Positions 8,081 through 18,052 of a DNA stretch of 64,000 bases are shown here, piece by piece. The stretch spans positions 1,536,001 to 1,600,000 of the forward strand of contig CAVTCS010000003.1 in assembly GCA_963733295.1 (NCBI GenBank). Direction: 5' to 3'. Source of the DNA: Vulcanimicrobiota bacterium. Its GTDB lineage: Bacteria > Vulcanimicrobiota > Vulcanimicrobiia > Vulcanimicrobiales > Vulcanimicrobiaceae. The first letter of the stretch is position 1; every line of letters starts with the position of its first letter. The notes under the pieces were generated by a model that made no database searches, had not been told where the DNA came from, and saw only the letters and a list, made by a program, of their open reading frames with translations. Both the position numbers and the translations under genes were made by a program.

Positions 8081-10849
8081 CTACGGCATTGGCAAACGGC
8101 TTGTCGCTACGACGGCGTTCTCCTCTTGGTCCCCTCGTGCGATCGCCTCGGGCGCTAGCGCCCCGCCCTCCTTCATGGCCTCTTCGAATGCCGCGGCCGT
8201 AGTGCGTGAGCGAAGGCGCTCCAACGTCTCGTCGTAGAGCAGCTGCATCCGCGGCATCAAACAAAAGGCGACGCCGTCGGTATGGGCGCGTGCAAAGCCG
8301 AGAGCCCGCGCGCCTTCCGACAAGCGGCCGCCGGCTTCGAGCGTTGCGGCGAGTACGACCGACGCTTGAGTGAAGGCCATCGGTATGCTCGCATCGCGCA
8401 GAAGTCTCAGGGACTCGACGGCATTGGCGCGCGCTTCATCGACCGCTCCTTCACGGAAGAGTGCGTGTGCTAGCTCGAAACGGAGAAGTCCCATGCCGCG
8501 CGGATCGTCGAGTTCTTCGCAATAGCGCAAGCCGCGCGCCGTCAGGGTTGAAGCTTCCTTGTAACGTCCGCGCGCGAGCGCGACGTGCGCCAAGCCCTGT
8601 AAGGCAAGGGCGGCATCCCGCTTGCGCCCGCCGGCTTCGAGCTCGGCCAGCGCATCGCTCAAATCGCCTGCGGCTGCGGCATCGTCCTGTCGCGCGTATA
8701 ACGCGGCGACTCCGCGGAGCACGCGACTACGAGCGCCGGCCCCCGGCGCGTTCTGGGCGCTGAGCAAGGTTACGCTTTCGTTCAAGGCGCGCTCGGCATC
8801 GGCGAAGCGTCCGACGTTGATCAGACTCTGCCCCAAATACTCGAGCGCGTGGCCCAAGCCCGCCGAGTCGGCGGCACCGCGGAATGCGGTGACCGCCCGC
8901 TGCGCGAACGGCACGGTCTGCAGCGTGGTGACGTCGACGCGCGCCGACTCGAGGAAGACGCGCCCCTCCAAAGGTTTCGGATACGCGCCGGCCGCTTCGC
9001 GCGCCAGCTGCAGCCAATGCGATCCCTCTTGTGGGCGACGGCCTTGCCAGAAAAAACCGAGCGCTGCCGCGATTTCTGCTCCCGCCGCAACGTCGCGGCC
9101 GGCCTCGAGCGTCTCGGTCAGCGCAGCTCGCAGGTTGTCGAGTTCGAGTTCGATGGAATCGAGCCACGGCCGCTCCTGTGAGAACGGGAGCACACGCAAC
9201 GCTTCACGCGCCAGGGCAAGCATCGCCTCGCAGAAGCGCTCCAGCGTGCCATCGCGCTCACCTTCGAGCCGCAACTGTTCCTGAGCGAAAGCGCGGGTCG
9301 ATTCGAACAGCCGGAAGCGGGTGCTCGTGGCGACCGCGTCGCTCACTACCATCGACTTATCGACCAGCGACGACAGAAGGTCGAGCGTTCTCTCGCCGGA
9401 GTCTCCCGATACGCGGGCGGCCGAGTCGAGCGAGAAGCTTCCCGGAAAGACCGCAAGGCTGCGGAACAGCGTCCGTTCATCGTCGCCGAGCAGTCGATAG
9501 CTCCACTCGATCAGGGCGCTCAGGGTCTGCCTTCGCGGCAAGCTGCCGCGTTGCTCGTTGCGGAGCAGCCGGAAGCGCTCCCCGAGACGCGCCAGCAACT
9601 CGGCCGGCGACAAGACCAGGAGCCTCGGCGCAGCGAGCTCAAGAGCGAACGGTAAGCCGTCGAGCCGCCGGCAGATTTCGACGACGTCCACGGCGTTCTC
9701 GTTCGTGAGGCGAAAACTGCTGGATGCCGCAGCCCGCTGGACCAGCAGCGCTACAGCGCTGTACGCCAACACCGAATCCGCATTCGGCGTCCCCGTCATC
9801 GGCGGCGGTACTTCGAGCGGCTCTACGGCAAAGATGTGCTCGCCGGCAATGCGCAACGATTCGCGACTCGTTGCGATGACGCGGAGTTGCGGACAGTGCG
9901 CCACCAGGTGCGCGATACAGCGCGCCGCTTCGTCGATGACGTGCTCGCAATTGTCGACCACCAACAACGTCGTTCTCGCTCGCAGCGACGAGACCAGGCG
10001 CTCGAGCACCGCGGACGCGGAGGTCGCGCGGATGTTCAAGACGGCGGCGAACTCATCCGCGACGAGCGTTCCGGACGTCAGCGGCGCTAGATCGACGAAC
10101 CAAATGCCGTCCGGAAAACGTTCGGCAATCGACGTTGCGAGCTCGATCGCCAGACGCGTCTTGCCGGCGCCTCCGGTGCCCACGATCGTGACCACACGTT
10201 GCTCGGCGAGCACCCCGCGCAGCTCCGCCAGTTCCGGTTCGCGACCCACGAACGTCGTGAGCATGATCGGAAGATTCGAGCGGACGAAGCCGCCGGTACG
10301 CAACGGCGGGTGTTCCGCCGGCAACCCCTCGGCGCATACTTGAAAGATTCGCTCGGGCGCAGCGAGGCCTTTGAGTGCAAACTCTCCCAAGTCGACCAGC
10401 GCGACGCCGGCGGGCAGGTCGCCGCGCACCAGTTCCGCGGTGATCCCGGAAAGCACGATCTGCGAACCGTGCGCGGCGTCGCTGATTCGCGCGACCCGGT
10501 TGACCGTCGGACCGAAGTAGTCCTCGTCGCGCTCTTCGGCCGCCCCGCTGTGCAACCCCATCCGCACGCGCAACCCGTCGACCGTCGCGAAATCCTCAGC
10601 GCCTAGCGTGCGCTGCGCATCGACGGCGGCTGCAAGCGCCGAACGCGCATCGCTAAAGGCGACGCAGAACGCATCGCCGACGGTTTTGAAGACGTAGCCG
10701 CGATGGCGCTCCATAACCTCGCGCAGGAGCTCGTCGTGACGGCGCGTGGCTAGGCGCATCGCCGGCTGCGCGTCCTCCCAGCGCTGCGTGCTGCCCTCGA
10801 TATCGGTAAATAGGAACGTGACGGTGCCGCTGGGTCTGGCCAGACTCAC
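8081..10849 (-). CDS. Class III adenylate/guanylate cyclase + STAND-type ATPase + TPR-like sensor
   Basis: TFLFTDIEGST, KTVGDAF, RMGLHSG and DYFGPTVNRVAR (cyclase). GTGGAGKT Walker A, LLVVDNCEH Walker B, LDGLPFALELAA. Helical repeats at the C-terminus. Confidence 0.93.
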   Translation of the reverse strand: MSLARPSGTVTFLFTDIEGSTQRWEDAQPAMRLATRRHDELLREVMERHRGYVFKTVGDAFCVAFSDARSALAAAVDAQRTLGAEDFATVDGLRVRMGLHSGAAEERDEDYFGPTVNRVARISDAAHGSQIVLSGITAELVRGDLPAGVALVDLGEFALKGLAAPERIFQVCAEGLPAEHPPLRTGGFVRSNLPIMLTTFVGREPELAELRGVLAEQRVVTIVGTGGAGKTRLAIELATSIAERFPDGIWFVDLAPLTSGTLVADEFAAVLNIRATSASAVLERLVSSLRARTTLLVVDNCEHVIDEAARCIAHLVAHCPQLRVIATSRESLRIAGEHIFAVEPLEVPPPMTGTPNADSVLAYSAVALLVQRAAASSSFRLTNENAVDVVEICRRLDGLPFALELAAPRLLVLSPAELLARLGERFRLLRNEQRGSLPRRQTLSALIEWSYRLLGDDERTLFRSLAVFPGSFSLDSAARVSGDSGERTLDLLSSLVDKSMVVSDAVATSTRFRLFESTRAFAQEQLRLEGERDGTLERFCEAMLALAREALRVLPFSQERPWLDSIELELDNLRAALTETLEAGRDVAAGAEIAAALGFFWQGRRPQEGSHWLQLAREAAGAYPKPLEGRVFLESARVDVTTLQTVPFAQRAVTAFRGAADSAGLGHALEYLGQSLINVGRFADAERALNESVTLLSAQNAPGAGARSRVLRGVAALYARQDDAAAAGDLSDALAELEAGGRKRDAALALQGLAHVALARGRYKEASTLTARGLRYCEELDDPRGMGLLRFELAHALFREGAVDEARANAVESLRLLRDASIPMAFTQASVVLAATLEAGGRLSEGARALGFARAHTDGVAFCLMPRMQLLYDETLERLRSRTTAAAFEEAMKEGGALAPEAIARGDQEENAVVATSRLPMP

Positions 10850-11015
10850 CTCGCCTGAGTCATCGAGATAGCCGTCGTCGGACGGAATCGGGCTTCCGGC
10901 GGCCTTCCCATCGATACATATTCTACGGCCAGGCTTTCCCGGCGCGCAACCCCGTGCGCGTTCCTGAGCGACGTTGCTCCACGGAAAACCTCAGCGCGCA
11001 TCGAACGGGGCAGCG

Positions 11016-11906
11016 ATGCATGGAACAACGCTTCGCCGGCTCGGCTCGGCAACCGCCGCTCTGACGTTCGGCATCGCACTGACACGAACGGGCGCCCTCG
11101 CGGATCCTAGCCCGCTTCCTTTTACACCCCCGGCGGGCTGGCAACCGCTACCGTCCGCAATGATACCCGACGTGCTCCTCAGTTGGGTCAACGGCTCGTC
11201 CTCGTTCGGGGTCATTCGCATCAGCTTTCCAATCGCAGATTCGCAATTGACGCAAGCACTGAAAGCCGGGTCTAACGCGCTCGGCACGGAGATCGACTCG
11301 AGTTCCGACCCCGTTTGTCAGGCACCGGCGGCCAGAGCCGACATCAAAGTTGAAGACTCGAGCGAAATTCTGACCGAGCAAATGCAGTCGCTCGACGGTG
11401 CGACGTACGTCTCCGCGTACCGTCATCCCGCCTCGGTCAAAGCCGACCACGCGATCGACGAGTTCATGGCAAACTTCTGCGGTTCCAAATCGCTCGAACG
11501 CAAGCCGCTGCCCGCCGGTTGGCATTCTCTCAATGCGAAGCTTCTCGGCGTCTGGTTCTCACCGAAAGGACCCAGTGAGAGCATCGCAGCGCTTTCGCGA
11601 GATCCTCAGGCGGATCTGAAATCGTGGGCGACGTTCGCGGTAAACACGACGGTCAATCCCGCGGGCATCACGATCCACTCCAGCAAGACCGGAACGCTGT
11701 GCAGCAACCCGGCATATTTCTTCGACGCGACGGCCAAACCGCATGGAGTACCTGCGGCCGACATTCAGATGGTTGCAACGCAATCCTCGAGTTCCTCATT
11801 CATGCTCCTGTACTCGCATCCGGCGACGGGCGCGGCGGACCCGGCCGCAGTCGCGTCGCTGTCGACGCTGTGCGCGACGCCGCATGCCGCAGCGGTCAGC
11901 CCCTGA
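11016..11906 (+). CDS. Secreted protein with two internally duplicated PsbP/DcrB-like domains
   Basis: Signal peptide (ALA-D). Repeated P.GW..L, C..PA, Y.HP and F/LC motifs. Confidence 0.6.
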   Translation: MHGTTLRRLGSATAALTFGIALTRTGALADPSPLPFTPPAGWQPLPSAMIPDVLLSWVNGSSSFGVIRISFPIADSQLTQALKAGSNALGTEIDSSSDPVCQAPAARADIKVEDSSEILTEQMQSLDGATYVSAYRHPASVKADHAIDEFMANFCGSKSLERKPLPAGWHSLNAKLLGVWFSPKGPSESIAALSRDPQADLKSWATFAVNTTVNPAGITIHSSKTGTLCSNPAYFFDATAKPHGVPAADIQMVATQSSSSSFMLLYSHPATGAADPAAVASLSTLCATPHAAAVSP

Positions 11907-12013
11907 AGCGACTAGAGGCGCAATGCATGTAGAGGCGCGAAGCGAGGGTGCGCCTACGGCCGGACGCGAAAGCGCGCGGATGCGTTTGCGGCCTACCCTG
12001 CGCTAGCACGCCG

Positions 12014-12895
12014 GTGAGCGAACTCGCGCAGCAGATCGTCAGCGGGTTAGCGACCGGTTCCATTTTCGCGAGCCTCGCTCTCGCGCTCGTTTTGATTTAC
12101 CGTTCGATGGACGTCATCAACTTCGCACAGGGCGAGATGGCGATGTTCACGACCTTCGTTGCGTGGCAATTGGTCGACATGGGCGTCCCGATGTGGCTCG
12201 CCTTTGCGAGTACGCTCGTCGTGGCTTTCGTGGGCGCGGTCGTCATCGAGCGCCTCGTGATCCGTCCGGTCGAACGCGCCGGCCAGCTAACGATCGTGAT
12301 CGTTACGCTCGGCCTTTTCATCACGCTAAACGGTCTGGCCGGCTGGATCTGGGGCTACGTCATCAAGTCGTTCCCGAGTCCGTTTCCGACCACGCCCCTT
12401 CACGCCGGTGACGTGTCGTTCAACGCGCAAGACGTGGGGATCATCGCCGTGTCGCTGGCTACGATGGGCCTCGTTTCGCTCCTGTTTCGCAAGACGAAAC
12501 TCGGACTCGCGCTGCGCGCCGCCGCCCAGCATCCTGAGGCGAGCCGAGTACTCGGGATTCGCGTCAGCTGGATGCTGGCGCTGGGTTGGGGACTCTCCGC
12601 GGTCGTCGGCGCGATTGCCGGAATCATGATCGCGCCGCTCGTTTTCCTGGATCCAAACATGATGCAAGGCGTCGTCGTGTACGCCTTCGCGGCGGCGGTT
12701 CTGGGAGGTGTCGAAAGCCCGATCGGCGCCGTCGTCGGAGGGCTCTTGCTCGGCGTGGTCCTCAACCTGCTCGGCACCTACGTCGATTGGATCGGCTCAG
12801 ACTTGCGGCTCGCCGTCGCATTCCTGATCATCATCCTCGTGCTCTTGGTGCGGCCCGCCGGGCTGTTCGGCCGCGTTCGAGTGGCGCGCGTATGA
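12014..12895 (+). CDS. livH: Branched-chain amino acid ABC transporter permease
   Basis: DVINFAQGEM, GLALRAAAQHPEASRVLGI, AAVLGG. Confidence 0.92.
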   Translation: MSELAQQIVSGLATGSIFASLALALVLIYRSMDVINFAQGEMAMFTTFVAWQLVDMGVPMWLAFASTLVVAFVGAVVIERLVIRPVERAGQLTIVIVTLGLFITLNGLAGWIWGYVIKSFPSPFPTTPLHAGDVSFNAQDVGIIAVSLATMGLVSLLFRKTKLGLALRAAAQHPEASRVLGIRVSWMLALGWGLSAVVGAIAGIMIAPLVFLDPNMMQGVVVYAFAAAVLGGVESPIGAVVGGLLLGVVLNLLGTYVDWIGSDLRLAVAFLIIILVLLVRPAGLFGRVRVARV

Positions 12896-13860
12896 AGACG
12901 GCGAAGATCGACCGCGCAACCGCCTGGGCGGTCGGCCCGATCGTCCTCGTCATCGCGATCGTGCCGTGGCTCGTGCCCTCATACAGCGCGTTCGAATTGA
13001 CCTATGCCGGCGCGTACGCGATCGCGATCTTGGGACTCGTCATCTTGATCGGCTTGTGCGGCCAAATATCGCTCGGGCATGGTGCGTTCCTCGCGCTGGG
13101 AGGTTACACGGTCGCAATCCTCAGCCATCGGTTTGAGACCCCGGATTGGCTATCGATTCCAATTGCCGCGCTGCTCTGCTCCGTCGTCGGCATCTCGCTC
13201 GGTCTGGTCGCGCTTCGTCTCGAAGGCGTCTACATGGCCTTAACGACCTTCGCCCTCGCGGTGGCGGTGCCGTCGATCCTCAAACGATTCAAAGACCTGA
13301 CCGGCGGCGTCGGCGGGATCACGCTCAAGCCGGTCTCCGTACCGACATCCTTGCATGCATTTCTAACGCCCGAACGCTGGACGTATCTTTGGACCTGGGC
13401 GTTACTCGGCGTGCTGTTCGCGGTCTCGTGGTTCGTCCTGAGGGGCCGGGTCGGACGTTCGCTGCGCGCACTTCGCGACAGCGAGACCGCTGCCGTCGCT
13501 TTCGGCGTGAATCCGCAAGTCTATAAGACGCTGGCCTTCGCGTGGAGCGCTGCCTTCGCAGGCATCGCGGGCGGCATTCTCGCCATCGCTACTGCCTACG
13601 TCAGCCCCGACTCTTACGGTTTCGCGCTTTCGTTGACGCTGATCATCGGCGCCGTTCTGGGCGGCCTCGACCTGCTCTGGGGCGCCCTCCTCGGCGGATT
13701 CCTCATCGAGTTCTTACCGCTTTGGGCTCAGAAAATCAACGCTGCGGCGCCGTCGCTCGTCTACGGCATCGCCCTCATCGTCGTTATGATCGTGCTACCC
13801 GGCGGAATCGCCGGCGCCATCGGACGCATCTTTCGCAAGACCGCTGTGCGAACACCCTAG
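12892..13860 (+). CDS. livM: Branched-chain amino acid ABC transporter permease
   Basis: GQISLGHGAF, GRSLRALRDSETAA. ATGA overlap with livH. Confidence 0.92.
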   Translation: MKTAKIDRATAWAVGPIVLVIAIVPWLVPSYSAFELTYAGAYAIAILGLVILIGLCGQISLGHGAFLALGGYTVAILSHRFETPDWLSIPIAALLCSVVGISLGLVALRLEGVYMALTTFALAVAVPSILKRFKDLTGGVGGITLKPVSVPTSLHAFLTPERWTYLWTWALLGVLFAVSWFVLRGRVGRSLRALRDSETAAVAFGVNPQVYKTLAFAWSAAFAGIAGGILAIATAYVSPDSYGFALSLTLIIGAVLGGLDLLWGALLGGFLIEFLPLWAQKINAAAPSLVYGIALIVVMIVLPGGIAGAIGRIFRKTAVRTP

Positions 13861-13884
13861 CCGCTTAAGCCAGGAGACGATTCC

Positions 13885-15117
13885 ATGCGCAATACCTACT
13901 TTCGCCGCATCGCCGCTTCAATCACGCTCGTCGCCCTCATCGTATGTGCCGGGACGTCGCGCGTCTGGAGCCAGACCGAACCAGGCATTACTCCAACCGA
14001 AATCTTGCTCGGCGGCACGCATCCGTTTAGCGGGCCGGCCTCAGCCTACGGTGCCATCGGAAAAGGCGCCGAAGCTTACTTCGCTTACGTCAACGACAAC
14101 GGCGGCGTCAACGGACGCAAGATCATTTACAAAGATGTCGACGACGCTTACAGTCCGCCGCAATCTCTGCAATTGGTTCGTCAATTAGTCGAACAAGATC
14201 GCGTCTTTGCGATGTTCAACACGCTCGGAACGCCGGTCAACACGGCACTGCGACCGTACTTAAACGATCAAAAGGTGCCGCAGCTCTTCGTGGCAACCGG
14301 CGCAAGCACGTGGGGCGCGGACTATACCAAGTACCCCTGGACGATCGGTTGGCAATCCGACTATCAATCCGAAGCGATCGTCTATGCGAAGAACATTCTC
14401 GCGCACGCTCCCAAAGCCAAGATCTCGATCCTGTATCAGAACGACGATTACGGCCAGGACTACATCGCCGGCCTGAACCGCGGACTCGGTTCGAAGACCA
14501 GCATGATCGTAAAGAGCGCTAGCTACGAAGTCACCGATCCGGACGTCACCTCGCAAATCGCGACCCTCAAGAACAGCGGGGCGGACACGCTCTTCATCTT
14601 CGCAACGCCGAAATTCGCGACGCAAGCCTTGATCGCCGTGGCGCAACAATCGTGGCACCCGACGATCTATTTGAACAACGTATCTGCTTCTCAGACCGTC
14701 ATGCGTCCCGCAACCGAGAAGGGTGGGCCCGACGCGACCAACGGAGTGATCACGGCGCTCTACCTCAAAGATCCCACCGATCCGAAATATGCGTCTGACC
14801 CCGGTATCATGTTGTTCAAGCAAATCATGGCAAAGTATCAGCCTTCGGCAGATACGGCGAACGGCTTCTATGTGTACGGTATGGGCGTCGCGTATACGAT
14901 GGTCGACGCGCTCCAGAAGGCCGGAAAGAATCTGACCCGGGACAAGATCATGGACGCCGCCACGCATCTCAACGAGCGGAACAATCCGTTCGTTTTGCCG
15001 GGAATCAACGTCGAAACCACTCCCACCCAGCGTTTTCCGATCACCCAGCTGCAACTCTTCCGCTATCAGGGCGGAAAGCTCGAATCCTTCGGTCCCATCA
15101 TCGAAGCGAGACGCTGA
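13885..15117 (+). CDS. Branched-chain amino acid-type ABC substrate-binding protein (LivJ/K-like)
   Basis: Signal peptide, GGVNGRKI..DD.YSP, YQNDDYG, operon context. Confidence 0.9.
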   Translation: MRNTYFRRIAASITLVALIVCAGTSRVWSQTEPGITPTEILLGGTHPFSGPASAYGAIGKGAEAYFAYVNDNGGVNGRKIIYKDVDDAYSPPQSLQLVRQLVEQDRVFAMFNTLGTPVNTALRPYLNDQKVPQLFVATGASTWGADYTKYPWTIGWQSDYQSEAIVYAKNILAHAPKAKISILYQNDDYGQDYIAGLNRGLGSKTSMIVKSASYEVTDPDVTSQIATLKNSGADTLFIFATPKFATQALIAVAQQSWHPTIYLNNVSASQTVMRPATEKGGPDATNGVITALYLKDPTDPKYASDPGIMLFKQIMAKYQPSADTANGFYVYGMGVAYTMVDALQKAGKNLTRDKIMDAATHLNERNNPFVLPGINVETTPTQRFPITQLQLFRYQGGKLESFGPIIEARR

Positions 15118-15126
15118 GCTCGCATC

Positions 15127-15855
15127 GTGGCGCCGTTTCTCGCCGTACGAGGCCTCACGGTTCGCTTCGGCGGGATAACGGCGCTCGATGACGTCTCTTT
15201 CGACGTAGCCGAAAATTCCATCACCGGTCTCATCGGACCCAACGGCGCCGGCAAGACGACGTGCTTCAACTGCATAACGCGATTCTACAAGCCGGGTTCC
15301 GGCGCGATCGAGTTCGAGGGCGAAGATCTGCTGCGCGGCGCGCCGCACTCGATCGCGAGGCGCCGCATTGCGCGAACGTTCCAAAACCTTGCGCTGTTCG
15401 ACCGAATGACGGTGGCCGACAACGTGCTGGTTGGCTCACATTCGCGCTTCAAAAGTAACTCGGGCGAGCGGGAGGCTCGTGCGGAAGCCGTCCGCATCAT
15501 CGACTATCTGGGCTTGGCGGAGGTCGCGGCGCGTCCCGTTCACGGTCTTTCGTTTGGGACGCGCAAAGCGGTAGAGTTGGCGCGTGCGCTCGCCGCGGCC
15601 CCCAAACTCTTACTCCTCGACGAGCCGGCCGCGGGTCTCCGAGCCGAGGAAGTCGCGCTTTTGGGAGAAACGATCGGCCGCATACGACGCGATTTCAATA
15701 CGACGGTGCTGATGGTCGAACATCACATGCGCCTCGTCATGGGTGTGTCTGAGCGTGTCGTCGTGCTCGATTCCGGACGCGTCATTGCGCTCGGAACGCC
15801 CGAGGCCGTGCAAGGCGATCCCGCCGTCATCGAAGCCTACCTCGGTACGGTCTAG
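15127..15855 (+). CDS. livG: ABC ATP-binding protein
   Basis: GPNGAGKTT, RTFQN, LLLDEPAAG, VEHHM, AYLG. Confidence 0.92.
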   Translation: MAPFLAVRGLTVRFGGITALDDVSFDVAENSITGLIGPNGAGKTTCFNCITRFYKPGSGAIEFEGEDLLRGAPHSIARRRIARTFQNLALFDRMTVADNVLVGSHSRFKSNSGEREARAEAVRIIDYLGLAEVAARPVHGLSFGTRKAVELARALAAAPKLLLLDEPAAGLRAEEVALLGETIGRIRRDFNTTVLMVEHHMRLVMGVSERVVVLDSGRVIALGTPEAVQGDPAVIEAYLGTV

Positions 15856-15856
15856 C

Positions 15857-16567
15857 GTGCCGCTTCTCGCTGTAAGCGACCTCCGAGCCCGTTACGCCGA
15901 GATCGAAGCGGTACACGGCATCGATCTCGCGGTCGAACCCGGTGCCATTGTCGCGTTGCTCGGAGCAAACGGAGCCGGCAAGTCGAGCACGTTGCGCGCG
16001 ATCACCGGAGCCATACGGACGAGCGGTTCGGTCGTCTTCGACGGCGTCGCGCTGCGAGCTGGGGGGCCTGAAGACTCCGCCCGCCTCGGTATCGCGCACA
16101 TCCCCGAAGGCCGTGGAACCCTGGGCGGCTTCACCGTTTGGGAAAACCTGATGCTCGGCGCTTATCTGCTCAAAGATCGCGCGCGCGTCAAGGAACGCTA
16201 CGAGCGCGCCCTCACCTACTTTCCGTGGTTGGAACAACGCAAGAGCCAAGTGGCCGGCACGCTCAGCGGCGGCGAGCAGCAAATGCTCGCCATCGCGCGC
16301 GGACTCATGCTTAAGCCGCGTCTCATGCTGCTCGACGAACCCTCTCTCGGACTCGCGCCGATCGTCGTGCGGCAGATATTCGCACTTCTGGGCGAGATCA
16401 ATCGACAGGACGGCGTCAGCATTCTCGTTGCTGAGCAAAACGCGACGCTCGCGCTGCAGGCGGCGAGCCATGCGTACGTCCTCGAAACCGGCCGGATCGC
16501 ATTTTCGGGCCCAACGGCCGACCTGCTTGCGGACGATAGGATCCGGCGCTCGTATCTCGGTTACTGA
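15857..16567 (+). CDS. livF: ABC ATP-binding protein
   Basis: GANGAGKS, PEGR, LSGGEQQM, LDEPSLGLAP, EQN. Confidence 0.93.
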   Translation: MPLLAVSDLRARYAEIEAVHGIDLAVEPGAIVALLGANGAGKSSTLRAITGAIRTSGSVVFDGVALRAGGPEDSARLGIAHIPEGRGTLGGFTVWENLMLGAYLLKDRARVKERYERALTYFPWLEQRKSQVAGTLSGGEQQMLAIARGLMLKPRLMLLDEPSLGLAPIVVRQIFALLGEINRQDGVSILVAEQNATLALQAASHAYVLETGRIAFSGPTADLLADDRIRRSYLGY

Positions 16568-16574
16568 TCGCGCT

Positions 16575-17585
16575 TCATGAGCCCCGGGGCCGGTCGAGAT
16601 CCCATCTCTCCTCGGCCGCAAGCATGAGGCGCTTCTGAAGCTGCGCCGTTTGTGCCGGCCTCGGGTCGCTCGCGTCGAGGTTCTCGATTCCGTATCGTTC
16701 GCGCAGCACGGCGTCGTCGTCCGCGAAGTACTCCCGAAAGGCCGCGACGTCCGTCTCGTCAAGCGGCGCGAACTTCAGGGCGAGAACCCCCCGCTCGTCG
16801 TCGTTGAGAACTTCGGCGGCGAGCGCAAGGGGATCCGGCGCGTCTCTCCCGCCGTCCGGCAGATTCGCGTGCAACGCGCGCAAGACGCCTAACAGGTCGA
16901 GCGACGGGTTCGCGCGTCCGATGCCCGGGACGACGACCTGTGAAGCTTCGTGGTGTCCCAAGAGAGCCGCGACGAAGTCGCGTTCCAGCGCGACGTCGTC
17001 GACGCCGCGAGCATACGGCCGGACGATGACGTTCCGCAACCCGAACGCATCGGCGAAACGATCGGTCAGCACGATGTAGCGGAAGCAAAACGCCCAGTTG
17101 GCCGCGTACGTAAAGACGCCCTCCGCGCGTAAAGAGCGGATGAAGTCGAAGAACCCGCACGCCAAACCGTGCTTTACGAGTTCGGCGTACAGCGACTGCG
17201 CGTACTCCTCGCGCGAGCGCAAATACAGAACCGCGCTCGGCTCGTATCCAGCCTGACGAAAGGTCGAGGCGAGACGCTCCAGCTCCTCGGGGCGCGTATG
17301 GAGATACTCGAAATCTTCGGAACTGATCGCCGTGACGCGGGCTTTGCGTTCGGAGACCTCCGCCGTGAGATCTTCGAGCGTTCCATCTTCCGCTCTGAAG
17401 CGCGGGTCGCGATTCAATTGCCAGGCGACGTTATGATGCCCGGCCACGCCCGGCGACGGAAAGCGTCCGCGAAGGGGGACGAAAACGTCGGGATGGGGCG
17501 GACGCGCGTCCCAGCTTCCAAGCATGATCTGCAACGTCGTTGTTCCGGTTTTGTGCGTACCGGCATGCACGAAGACGCGATTCAC
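16575..17585 (-). CDS. Sulfotransferase-like P-loop protein
   Basis: HAGTHKTGTTTLQ N-terminal motif, ISSEDF, YLR..S.Y. Confidence 0.65.
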   Translation of the reverse strand: MNRVFVHAGTHKTGTTTLQIMLGSWDARPPHPDVFVPLRGRFPSPGVAGHHNVAWQLNRDPRFRAEDGTLEDLTAEVSERKARVTAISSEDFEYLHTRPEELERLASTFRQAGYEPSAVLYLRSREEYAQSLYAELVKHGLACGFFDFIRSLRAEGVFTYAANWAFCFRYIVLTDRFADAFGLRNVIVRPYARGVDDVALERDFVAALLGHHEASQVVVPGIGRANPSLDLLGVLRALHANLPDGGRDAPDPLALAAEVLNDDERGVLALKFAPLDETDVAAFREYFADDDAVLRERYGIENLDASDPRPAQTAQLQKRLMLAAEERWDLDRPRGS

Positions 17586-17974
17586 GATCCTTCGACGTCG
17601 TGACAGACTTCGTACTTATTTCCATCGGCGTCCTCAAAGAAGACTGCGTAGTAGTCGTCACCGTATTCAGGATGCAGCCCCGGCCCCTCGAGACGCAATG
17701 CGCCGGCCGCGCGGGCCGCCTCCGCCGCGGCATCGACGGCACTCTGAGTCGCGACCGCGAAGGCGACGCGCATCGAGCCTGCGACGTGTTCCGGATCGAG
17801 GAGGAAGCCGACGGCGGGACGCGCCCGGTCGACGTGACGGTAGCTGACGAACTCGTCATACTCGCTGCGGGGGACGTACCGCATGACCGGAGCCAGAGCG
17901 TCAAACAGCCGCTTCGTCCTGGGAATATCGCGAACGTGAACGTCGATGTGATGCATGTCGGGCCGCTTTGGCAC
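17582..17974 (-). CDS. VOC/glyoxalase family protein
   Basis: HIDVHVRD, VAFAV, YYAVFFEDADGNKYE. Start 17974 or 17956. Confidence 0.88.
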   Translation of the reverse strand: MPKRPDMHHIDVHVRDIPRTKRLFDALAPVMRYVPRSEYDEFVSYRHVDRARPAVGFLLDPEHVAGSMRVAFAVATQSAVDAAAEAARAAGALRLEGPGLHPEYGDDYYAVFFEDADGNKYEVCHDVEGS

Positions 17975-18052
17975 GGTGCGCGGCGGCACCTCGGCATTTC
18001 GTGATCTCACGCAGCGAGGCCGCATCGACCGCCCTCCTCGAATACGCGCGGA

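Noticed and set aside
8067..8264. Longer 152-aa version of the precursor ORF (ATG 8264)
   Set aside because: It overlaps the STAND gene out of frame. GTG 8066 has a well-spaced AGGAGG and begins at the domain boundary.
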